From: Spirogloea muscicola
Taxonomy: Eukaryota
DNA length: 32,994 nucleotides
Direction: 5' to 3'
NCBI GenBank assembly: GCA_009602725.1
Contig: WELB01000001.1
Location: 2,286,560-2,319,553, forward strand
The notes beneath the pieces are model-generated. The model saw only the letters and a program-made list of their open reading frames with translations, was not told where the DNA came from and made no database searches. How positions within the stretch are numbered: the first letter of the stretch is position 1; every line of letters starts with the position of its first letter. Positions 14,901 through 24,569 of this stretch are shown one piece after another. Both the position numbers and the translations under genes were made by a program.

Positions 14901-15562
14901 GATTGAGCTCCGTGCGTTTCCCGAAGAAGAGACGAGAACAGATAACTCAAGCAATCCCTCTACAAACAATCTCCTATCCTCCGCTCAGGGAAATTCCAGC
15001 AAGGTCGCAGCTCCGAGAGGTCATAACGAGAGATTTTGTACGATGGTGCAAGTCTTTGGCACCCTATATGATGGAGCACATAATGACAGGGACAGATTAC
15101 ATGCCAACTGATTAAGAAATTCTTAGGAGGAATACAATGGGGATGGCACAATCTTGGCGACCCTGCGAAGCGGGACGAGAGGAGGAGGCTGCCTTCGGCA
15201 GAGACACCAAGGGCAGGGCCGCCGCCCTTGGGGGGGGCAAAAGGAGTGGCGAGCTGTGAAAGGCATATAGGCTTTGAATCTGACGGCGGGATTGTTGTAT
15301 GCCGTCAGGTGCTCGACGACGAGGAAGGCGGAGATGCAGAGTGCCATGAGCACGAAGACGCCAGCCACAATGACCGCCCAGGTGTGCAGCGACGTTGCGG
15401 CGGCTGCTGCGGCGGCGGTGGCGGCATCTCTGGCGGCTCGCTGCGCAGCGGCCGCCACCGCCGCCGCAACCGCCACCGCCGCCGCNGCCGCCGCCGCCGC
15501 CGCCGCTGCGTCCGAGGCCGGGCGGTGGCGCAGCGCCTCTCGGCCAGCGCGCTCGCCTACGC
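11986..15562 (-). CDS. LAZ1: LAZ1/TMEM184 (OST-alpha/DUF300 family) membrane protein; start codon not identified
   Basis: Exons approx 15562-15285, 14843-14787, 14418-14311, 14060-13810, 13538-13451, 13298-13031, 12806-12555, 12294-11986. They encode LVVEHLTAYNNPAEQKWLISVICMVPVY, RNCYEAYTIYAFGSYLMACLGGEERVIE, FYQKVKFGIVQYMIVK, LNFSQAWALYCLYQFY, KFLCIKAIIFITWWQG, LQDFIICIEMCIAGIAHVYVFPAAPY and VVRDVRHTVSQAVEP. Confidence 0.9.
15470..15508. repeat. (GCC)n microsatellite encoding poly-Ala in the LAZ1 N-terminus
   Basis: accgccaccgccgccgcngccgccgccgccgccgccgctgc. Similar (GGC)n at 143-170. Confidence 0.85.
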
Positions 15563-15829
15563 CTGCAATGGCGTGAATGCGCAAGGGTGGCCACTGACGG
15601 CGGCACCGAGCCGTTACGTAGTCATCACTCTGACACTCGACCACCGTCGATGCAACTTCGTTTGCAACACTCGCAGGCCAGAATGGGGAAGGCGCGTGGT
15701 GCGCATAGGATTTAAGGGTGGCCACTTCAGCCAATACATTGGTCAGGCTAAGACCAGCGCAGAGAAGTGGGGCTACATGGACCGAAGCCCTATGCTATGC
15801 TAAGGTCTTTCTTCCCTATGCTAAGGCTG

Positions 15830-16090
15830 CTTAAGTTACCTGTGTGACGTCAGTACCCACGGGTGAGCACATACAAATCTGGCAAGCTAACTTGGGGAGC
15901 TGGAGCGCTGCCAAGGAAAACGGCGGCCTGAGTTAGAGCGCGCCCAGCACGCTAAAGACTAGCCAGAGCTTGCGAATGCTGCAGACTGAGGAGAGAAGCC
16001 AGATTAAGAGAAGCTCATTCACACGGAGGTGGTGGCTGTGCTCAACGCCAGCTACAGAAGAGTGGACCATGAGGGGAGCCCCCGTTGATG
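15830..16090 (-). mobile_element. RLE retroelement 3' fragment immediately upstream of LAZ1
   Basis: Minus strand reads LSLQHSQALASL*RAGRALTQAA..VSLPDLYVLTRGY* (stop 15850-15852). Confidence 0.72.
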
Positions 16091-16102
16091 AAGAAGCCTC
16101 CC

Positions 16103-16270
16103 TACGAGTGGCTCCAGCCCCTATCCTCAATGGGCGAGCACTATCTTCCGTACGAGTGGCGCTTTTGTGGGCTAGCTCTTTGCAGCTCTCGCCCTCTTAG
16201 ATAGAGCTACTTCTTTTGTGGGCTGGCTTCTCCAGCCCCTCGCCCCATTTGTTTGAGTTGCTTCCTCCAT
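16103..16270 (+). repeat. Stack of three 38-55 bp retroelement tail ends
   Basis: Unit 16113-16150 is flanked by TACGAGTGGC (16103-16112, 16151-16160). CTTTTGTGGGCT is repeated at 16162-16173 and 16213-16224. Each unit carries cagcc(c)ctcgcccc-like sequence and a cttct-like end. Confidence 0.75.
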
Positions 16271-16529
16271 AAGGAAAGGGCGCTTGATGCACATGTAAGC
16301 AAAAGGGAGGCCAAATAAAGCCGCTACAATGTTCAGGCAACAGCTGGAGCAGAGAACGGGCACAAATGGAAGCCTTATGCATAAGGAGGACACGCTTAAG
16401 CAAAGGACGATCCACGTGGCAATTGTGCCATGTATAGGGGCCTTCTTGTGCAGGAGGGGAGGAGCCTGGTAGGCTCTAAACACATGCGGATGAAGACAGC
16501 AAGTGTGCTGATGTTAATGTCGTGGACGA

Positions 16530-17350
16530 GGACTGGGCTTCCACAGCCCTCGCCCCTTCGGGAGAGCCACAAAAGCCAGCGGCTGTGGGGAGCCAGCCGT
16601 ACAGCCTTTCGAAGTTGCCCTCTGACCGGGGCCCCCGAAAGCGAAAGAGGCCAGCGGCAATGAATGGAAAGACTTGATCATGCAGCACCTACAAGCCAGG
16701 GCTTACAAGAGCAGTGCATAGTCCTTTTTCAGCAAACAGGTAACCTGAAGTCAGCACTCAAGGTCGTACCAGCTGGCAGCAGGTACTCATACCAGCTGGC
16801 AGCAGGTACAACACCGTTTTTGCGTCCCTGCGAAGTAAAGGAAACAGTAATGCGAAGCTAGGAGTGCCAAGGACATGCTAAGGAAGGTCAGCCTGTCCCA
16901 GCGTGCGGCGCAATTTGTGTCATGCGAGAGATTAGACCTGACAGTGACAGTACCACAGAAGGAGGCTGTGCCATTGGGGATAGTGGCTGTCTAAGGCCAG
17001 CTCTCAGGAGCTCTTCTAAAAGGTGGGACATAACTGTAAAGAGGAGGAAGCCTTGCCAATGGGGACATTTGCTGCGTAGGCCAGCCCAAGATCAATGGAC
17101 AAGGTTCATATGAACGTGGCTGTGAAAGCACCCAGAGAGGAGAAGTAGCTCTACCGGAGAGGGCTATGGCTGTGAGAGGCCAGCTCAACATGGATGGACA
17201 AGGTCTACAAGGGCCGACAGACACCAACCACTTACCTACGCGAGTGGCTATAACGAGTGAGTGTTCGAGAATACCAGTCGCTTCAGGACGGGACGAGCGC
17301 ACCCCCGTCAGCTGCTGACTAGGGGTATTGGGAGCAGTCCTCCGTGGACC
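16530..17350. repeat. Degenerate tail stack (plus at 16531-16570, minus units at ~16955-17220) and a plus-strand ORF remnant at ~17240-17350
   Basis: Repeated ggctg..ggccagc(c/t)c..atggacaaggt units. gtgttcgagaataccagt resembles 31782-31814, and ctgctgactaggggtattg resembles the LTRGY* end. Confidence 0.55.
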
Positions 17351-17509
17351 ACTCCCAGAAGGGCTGAGGACCAACTGCAAGCTCATCACGTTGGTGCTAC
17401 AATGAGCACATCATGGCGGTTGACCCCGACAATGCTTAGCTCCTTGCCCTAAGGGTCTACGAGCGAGGCCGCCGTGATTCTCGTATCATGATAAGCCGTA
17501 GATTTACGG

Positions 17510-18460
17510 CCGCAGCTTGTGAAAAGCCAGCCCACAAAGTTATTGACAAGGCCCGAAGGAGCCGAAAAGTGTAGACACAAGTGAGGATTACTGCTCCGCA
17601 ATATCTCGTCTGCAGCCGCAAGTCGGGGAAAGTAGCAGGAAAGAGACGACTCCTCAACGACTCTTCAATGTAACACAATAGAAGAGTCCTCCACTGGAGG
17701 GCGCTATGATTGGCCAGCCCAGAAAAAGTGTGACCCAGTGTTATGTGAACCAGTGTAAGGATATGGCTGGAAGAGGAAAGGAGGGAGAAGAACGCTTCCA
17801 GGGTAGGGCGGTGGCTGTGAAAGGCCAGAGGAAAGGGACTCTTGCGAACGGGGCGAGGGCTGTGACAAGCCAGCCCCGAAAGATGGACACGGTCCGAAGG
17901 AGCCGGAAAGTGCTGAAACTCACAACTGAGAGAAAAGTGGCACTCCCAAAAAAAGGACGCTTCCAGGAGAAGGCCTCGCCCATTGAGGATAGGGGCTGGA
18001 AAAAGCCAGCCCAAGAAAGAATGAACAAAGGACGAGAAGGGGCCAGGGGAAGCACTAAGGAGACCATAGACCCATGGCCCACGCTCTGCATCTACGTGCT
18101 GGCCGTGCTCTTGCTGCGGCCACCGGCTTTCGTCAGGGGGATAGTTTTCCAGCAGCTAGTCTGTCGGATCTGAGGCTCCTCACTCGTAACTACTGAGTGC
18201 TCCATCCTCCCCCTATTCTGACATAGCATCGTCAGGCCCCTTTGTAGCTGCTAAACGCTTGTAGGCCCCTCCGAACCTTTTGTCAATTCATGTTGTGCTG
18301 GCTTTTCGCAGCCCTTGCCCCCATTGGGAGTGCCACTTCTTCAGGAGAGCGCGGTGGCTGTGAGGGGCCTCTCCCAAAAGGCGGGCAAGGGCTGTGAACA
18401 GCCAGCCCGGGAAGGAGACTGACAAGGTCCGAAGCTGCCAAAAGCGCTGGCTTAGAAGCT
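17510..18460. mobile_element. Nested array of retroelement tails with TSDs
   Basis: Minus tails at ~17514-17570, 17675-17730, 17780-17830 and 17830-17915. Nested set 17930-18450 with TSDs CTCCCAAAA (17943-17951/18371-18379) and CAGGAGA (17964-17970/18342-18348). Confidence 0.8.
18070..18341 (+). mobile_element. RLE retroelement 3' end with complete 3' UTR
   Basis: MAHALHLRAGRALAAATGFRQGDSFPAASLSDLRLLTRNY* (stop 18194-18196), then a 145-nt tail ending cagcccttgcccccattgggagtgccacttct. Closely matches the reverse complement of 31403-31609. Confidence 0.85.
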
Positions 18461-18509
18461 TGGGGAGGTTGGATTGTGAGAGGGAAGGACTCTTCCAACT
18501 GTGCGAGGC

Positions 18510-18700
18510 CAGCCCAGAGAATTGTTGCCCCGCCTAGAGCCAGAGGCGGGCAGCCAGGGCACGACAGCCTTCAAACTTCGTTCAGTCTTTCTTGTGGGCT
18601 GGCCTCTCCCAGCCACCGCCCTCTCCTGGAAGCGCCTCTCTCTCGCCAGGGCACGACCAGCACGAAGATGCACAGAAAGTGCCAGCGCTGCAGGGAGAAG
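18510..18700 (-). mobile_element. RLE ORF remnant interrupted by an opposite-strand 79-bp tail insertion (18566-18644)
   Basis: Minus strand SLQR..ALSVHLRAGRALA|A.SGSRRGN. The insertion is flanked by GCCAGGGCACGAC at 18553-18565 and 18645-18657. Confidence 0.78.
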
Positions 18701-19479
18701 GGAGCGGGCTCTGGCGCCGAGGAAGCCCGCGCACCGAAGAGGACCGAGCTGAGCTAATGTGGGTGCAGCAGACGGTGGGCTCCACAGCGGCAACCCATAG
18801 CCGCCGTCGTCCTCTGCAGGAAGCGGCACCCGACATCCGCCAGCCAACACACGGAGCCGGGCCCCGCCGCCGGAGTCGAGTGGGGCGGGGCCCGGCCACG
18901 CCACAGCGCACGTGCGTGACGTTTGGGCGAGAGGGGCGGCGGTAGAAGCTTCTTCACGTGGCACACGTGGCGTGCCCGCAGTGGCCGGCCGGCACGCGCT
19001 TTTCCGTGGGCGTGCGGGGGCGGCGGGCGGGATCTTGTCCCGGCCGCGGGGGAGATCCGGGCGTCCGCGGGAAGAGAGGGGCGCGTACAAAGCCAGGAGC
19101 GGCGGGCGGGGAGGGAGAGAGTGGAGGGGGGGANNNNNNNNNNNNNNNNNNNNNNNNNNNNNNNNNNNNNNNNNNNNNNNNNNNNNNNNNNNNNNNNNNN
19201 NNNNNNNNNNNNNNNNNNNNNNNNNNNNNNNNNNNNNNNNNNNNNNNNNNNNNNNNNNNNNNNNNNNNNNNNNNNNNNNNNNNNNNNNNNNNNNNNNNNN
19301 NNNNNNNNNNNNNNNNNNNNNNNNNNNNNNNNNNNNNNNNNNNNNNNNNNNNNNNNNNNNNNNNNNNNNNNNNNNNNNNNNNNNNNNNNNNNNNNNNNNN
19401 NNNNNNNNNNNNNNNNNNNNNNNNNNNNNNNNNNNNNNNNNNNNNNNNNNNNNNNNNNNNNNNNNNNNNNNNNNNNNNN

Positions 19480-20944
19480 GCCGCCGAGGGGGACGAGCCC
19501 GCGCCGGCGAGCGCCGAGGCTGGCGGAGCTGTCGCCGCGCTCGGGCCGCGGGAGGAGGGCGCGGCGCTGCGCCGGAACCGCATCCAGGTGTCCAATACCA
19601 AGAAGCCGCTCTTCTTCTACGTCAACCTGGCCAAGGTGCCCGCGCACAGCCGACGCCACCACCGCCGCCGCCGCTGCCGCCTCGCGGTTGAAATTTGGCG
19701 CGGCCTGCCTCTGCCCTCGCTCGCGGCGCGCGCACAGCCCAAGCGAGTCCGCTATGTCCGTCCGCCAGCACTCGTGCCGCTCGCTGATCGCCGCCGCCGC
19801 CGCCGCCGGGTGCGAGCAGAGATTCCTGCAGCAGCACGGCGAGGTGGAGCTCTCGGCGCTGGGCATGGGTGAGCGCCTCGCCGCCCCGCTCCGGGCCACG
19901 CCTCGTTGCAGGCGGGCCCGCTGGCCCCGCTGCCGCGCCGCCTGTCGCGGCCATGGCGATGTTGTCTGAAGCCGAGACTGCTGCCACCGCTGCGCCGCCG
20001 CTGTCTCGCAGCGATCGCGACGGTGGTGACCGTGGCGGAGATCCTGAAGAACAACGGCCTGGCCGTGGATCAGAGTGCGCTCCGCTTCCGCTCCCCTGCC
20101 TTGCGCCGCCTCTTGTGCTCCTCTGCATATGCTCTCTGCTTCATTGGCGGCCGTTACAGGTTTCCTGCTCGACAAACAGACGCTTTTGCGCGGCTTGCGC
20201 ACTAAGCCTTGCACCGGGAAGGGCTTGAGTGGTAGTCAGATGGCAGGGAAGCAATGTTGCAGTAGGCCTGCGCTGCTTCCCAGCCAGAGGCCGTGTTGTC
20301 TCCAAGTGGAGCAGCTTAGCCAAGAGGCCTTGGCCCTCGGCGGGCGGCGTGCGCGGCGCGCAGGAATCGCGACGTCCACCGTGGAGATGCACGATGAGGC
20401 ACGCGGCCGCACCGTCCAGAAAGCCAAGGTGCACTTTTGCATTCGTTGACAATCTCAAAATCGCAGAACAACGACGAGGATGGAGGCTCCCACTCCTTGC
20501 TCATCGACAGGAATGCCTATTCTTGACGTCAAACTGCAGCATGAGCTTGTCATCCTTACGGCAGTCAACAATGTAAACATGTCCAGCTACTTAAGCAGGA
20601 CCCCCTTCGTTAGCAAAGATGGACTTGGACTGCTGTGCACCCTTGAGCTCAGTGAATCGCTTTGCCAGGGTCCTGGCCCAACGGCAGATCCTGTTGTGGA
20701 CAATGGCATCATACGACCTTCAGTAACTAAGTCATGCTATGCGGTCGACAAAGACTAATTTTCACCTAATGCATGGCATCTGCGTGTGCAGTTGGAGATT
20801 GTGCTGAGCAAGTCGGCTCGATTCGACGAGCTCATGGCAGCTGCTGAGGCCAGCCGAGCGCTGCTGTCGCCAGGTCCGAGCGCTAGTCGAGACGTCACTA
20901 CCCGCGAAGCAACACCCGAAGCAACAACAGATACTGCTTCGTGA
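19480..20944 (+). CDS. Alba DNA/RNA-binding protein (plant At2g34160/DAN1-like); 5' end in gap
   Basis: Exons <19480-19635, 19820-19868, 20012-20074, 20364-20428, 20792-20944 give RNRIQVSNTKKPLFFYVNLAKRFLQQHGEVELSALGMAIATVVTVAEILKNNGLAV..IATSTVEM.DE.RGRTVQKAKLEIVLSKSARFDELMAA. Confidence 0.92.
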
Positions 20945-22490
20945 TACACGACCAACAGCCATGGCAGATGGCGGCAGCATTGGCAACATGCGCGCCCTGT
21001 TGGTGCCATCAGCAGCCGTGACGCTCCTGCTGCCTGCGCTTCCGTACTTCATCGCCGCCAGCGCCCTCCCTGGCAATCTGTATGGGTAAGCCTTCAGTAT
21101 ATTATGTTCGCCAGCGGCTGCCATAGCCCGAGCTTTGGCCGGGCGCTCTTGCCAATCTAGGAGAGTTGCTCTAGCGTCGACTTGCCCCACTGCAGCCTCT
21201 GAAAGAGGTGTGGGTTCATTGTCCTGGGCTGTCTCAAGCCTGGTGCCAGTTCCTATCTTTAGGGGGATTTCTTGCGCTGCCATTGCAGCCAAGCTTCCCA
21301 AATTTATTGACGACCTGGCCAATCTGGCGGTGAGCTGAACTCACAGCTCAGCAGCGTGAGGTACTCTGGTTGCTATCGACCAGAGCAATAAGTCATGTAT
21401 TCCAGCACAGAAACACATACATGCACAGGCGTTCATGCTGGGAGTGTCACACCAGCACTGTGCAGCATGTCTTGTATTACACATTCTTTTGATCACGACA
21501 CTGGTCATATCTGTGCTTGAAGCACCCAAGACGTTGAGAGTCCACCATTTCCTGGCACACCACGTACCGAGATATTGAAACTTGATCCTCAAAGGAAGAG
21601 TGCCAATAGACCCATTCTACTGAATCTTAGTCGTCAGATTCACTAATATCTCCACTGCCTGCCAGCAGCATTTTGGATCTTCAATTGTGCCCTCTAGCTT
21701 AGAATTTCTCACGGTAATCATAAGTTGCTTATGGAGGCTTTTTCTTGCAATCTCATACTGCTGTGTTAGTGGCAGCAGCAAAACAAGTATTCATAGATTC
21801 AATCGCTACTACCTAAGTTGATAGTGGCTTCCTTACGTACTTAGAATTCTTGCATTGGAATGCTTTTCAGCTGTTATCATAGTAGCTGCATGAAGTAAAA
21901 CTGAAACAAGGGTAGATCTTGCCATTCCAGCTCACACAGGATGATATACTGCCAGATGAGCTGTGGCACTGTGCCATTCATAAGTCAAAGTTGCAGTCTG
22001 CAGCAACAGCAAATAGAGCTAAGTGGTACCAGAAAGTCATTCTTAGGACAAGAGGGCAAACAAGGAATTTTCAAATAAGATACTCAACAACATCACAACC
22101 TTTACCTCTGCGACTAGAGAGGGAAAACATCAATTATGAAAGTGTTACTAGCATACGTTTTTTATCAGCTTTATTTCAGCAAGTGTTGTACTTCAACTAT
22201 ATCGTGTGGTATTGAACATGAGCGAGCTAGAACCACCCCAAGTTCTGAACCCACGAAGTTTCAGTACTAGACACTGGAACAGAAATTTGGCATGAGCGGG
22301 GTGCACAAATTGCCCAGTTAAGATCTTCTTAAGCGGGCATGCAATGGTAAGGTCTGCGACTTCCGCCAACAGTGAGCCTAGGCCACTGCTGTGCTCGAAA
22401 ATCATTGCATTCAAGGATGCCCTATCGTGTGCAAGCTAACTGCCAGCACACTCAGCTCTGAAAGACGCTGCCACCGAGGACACGGCATCC

Positions 22491-24515
22491 TCAATCCTCG
22501 CGTTCCCAGTCATCATGCTCGTTGTCATCGTCCTGGCCCTCATAGTCGTGCAAGCCTTCAGCGTTGCTGCTGCCGCCTCGGGCGGGCTCGCCAGCGACAG
22601 CCAGAATATTCCCAGTCCCAAACAATAACCCCAGGTTGCGGTACGTCTCGGGGAGGTGCTCCGCGAGCCACCGCGCCTCCCTCGGCGCGTCCTGCATCAG
22701 CGCAACCAGGTGATCGAGGACCTCCCCTGCGGGAACGTTGCTGTTCCAGCTGGCCTGCAACGGCCCCTCCAGCACCTCCTCCTCGCCCTCGCCCCTCGCC
22801 GCCTGCCTCAGCTCCGCCATCGCTGCCGGCTCCAGCACCCGCTCGTTGTACAGGAGGACCAGGCCGTCCGTGGCCAACAGGTAAGACCGGAAGTGGTGGA
22901 GTAGACGGCCGATGACCCGTACATGACACACGCTGCAGAGCCAGTAAGCAATGGGTCATGTGGCAGCTGACCATCCTGACAGCTCAAACCCCTTGCCAAT
23001 CCAGTCCACCTTTTGCAGTACTGCGTATACTCATGAGATCCTCATGACTATCAACTTTTGCTGACCAGGTTGACAGATGTCTCCAACCACTTTAGAAATG
23101 TGGGGTACAGACTGTGAGAGCAGCACATATCCAGGACTCAGGCGTAATCTGGTAACAGCAGAGGCAATGGCTGGCCTGTCAGTCCCGCAGGCTTGCAAAG
23201 GAGGTACTGACCAGATGTAGTAGAGGTTGTCTGAGGCTTGCTTCTGCATGCGGCCCAGCAGCTCTACCTGCAGCACGCCGCCCAAGCACAGCATCGGCTG
23301 TGGCAGCCGGAAGCACTGCAGGGTGTCCTCCTGCGCAGAAGCAAGGCACAAGCACATTAAATGAGGGTTCAGACTTGAAGTCAGCTTCAAAAGAACCACA
23401 GTCGATAAGACTACTATTTCCATCTTCTCACAAGCATAGCAGGTCATGCGGCGGCCACAGCGCTCTCTGCTCTCTGGCCAGCGGCACGACTAGCTCGGTC
23501 GCACCTGGAGCATTGCATATGTTGGAGTCTCAGCGGTCCACTGATAGCGAGGCTGCTCCTTGCCGTCGCCGCAGAGCTGGCGGCCCAGGCGGAAGCGCAC
23601 AAAGTTGGCCGAGTAGATTGGGTCCCCCAGCTGGAAGCACGCTGCAAGCGAGCGGCCGGGACAGGAGACAGGCCACGACGCACTTCAGACGTAGTAGCTG
23701 GAGAATTGAGGGCACGGACTGCCCCATCTTAGACAACGCAAGCGACTAAAAAATGTCCACACAGCGACTGCAAGCCGCTCGCTCACCTTGGTACGGCCGG
23801 ATCCACACCTCGTGCACCTGCCCAATGGACCAGGAGTAAGGCAAGTGGAAGGAGGGAAATTGGGTACAGAGGACTGTGCTTAGCTCGTGAAATTGGTCGT
23901 GCAATACCAAGATGCATCGGAAGTAGGGCTTCTCCACGCCCCACTTGTCCTTAGCAAATGCGGCTGCCGAAACAGTGGCGGAGGCATGAATTTGGCTTTG
24001 TGGTTTCCATACACTGATGGGCAGCTCGAACAAGGTCAGCAGCATGCGTGTAAGCCCTCCCCGGTGCTCTGCTTGGCGGGGCACCGTCGTTATCGGGAGC
24101 GGGGAGCTGGCACGCACCAGGCAGACGTCCGTGGCCAGGCTGTAGGTGAGGGTCTCGTGGGCGTCGCAGTCGGCCGAGCCGCGGCTGGACCAGTACGACG
24201 GCGACCGGTGCCCGCCCGGCTGGGCCTGCACGCACCCACAGCACAGCCGCCGTCGCCCGGCTGCCGATAAGAAGGAGAGCTCAGCTGCGGCGACTAGGCG
24301 GAGAAGCTCAGCACGTCTTCAGAGCCGTCGTCGGCACGGCGACCGCGGCGGCGGCAGTTTTGCCTGCAGCGTGCGCTCAATGCCCTCCTGCTGCGCGTGG
24401 TCGGTGCTGGACGCCTCCAGCGCGTCGGCGATGCACGACTCGCCGCCGGGCTCCGGCGGCGGCGCCGCCAGCAGGCCGGCGAGGCGGGCGAGCACGCGCG
24501 CCTCCTCCTCGACGG
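22491..24515 (-). CDS. F-box protein At4g00755-like (C-terminal domain seen; F-box exon(s) presumably in the gap)
   Basis: Exons approx 24515-24364, 24225-24118, 23817-23787, 23641-23505, 23330-23212, 22932-22491. They give SCIADALEASSTDHAQQEGIERTL, SYWSSRGSAD..AHETLTYSLATDVCLVHEVWIRPYQACFQLGDPIYSANFVRFRLG and MLQEDTLQCFRLPQPMLCLGGVLQVELLGRMQKQASDNLYYICVCHVRVIGR, matching the family pattern from memory. Confidence 0.82.
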
Positions 24516-24538
24516 CTGCGCCCCACAGCGCCAGCGCC

Positions 24539-24569
24539 GATCACCTGCCGTTAAGCTGACCCGCTCAGT
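24539..24569 (-). mobile_element. 3' tip of a short-tail subfamily copy inside an F-box gene intron (rest in gap)
   Basis: Minus strand actgagcgggtcagcttaacggcaggtgat vs actgagcgggtcaagttagcagcaggtgat at 9832-9861. Confidence 0.7.

Noticed and set aside
17457..18173. ORFs of 155-185 aa in the repeat cluster
   Set aside because: They run across nested non-coding tail fragments in mixed orientation and have no recognisable protein motifs.
16100..18460. CRISPR-like or REP-like array of hairpin repeats
   Set aside because: Units vary in length and orientation, carry TSDs and are contiguous with the RLE ORF end. No cas genes are present. Explained as retroelement tails.
20762..21322. 186-aa minus-strand ORF overlapping the Alba last exon and 3' UTR
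   Set aside because: No motifs or supporting exon structure. Likely an antisense shadow ORF.
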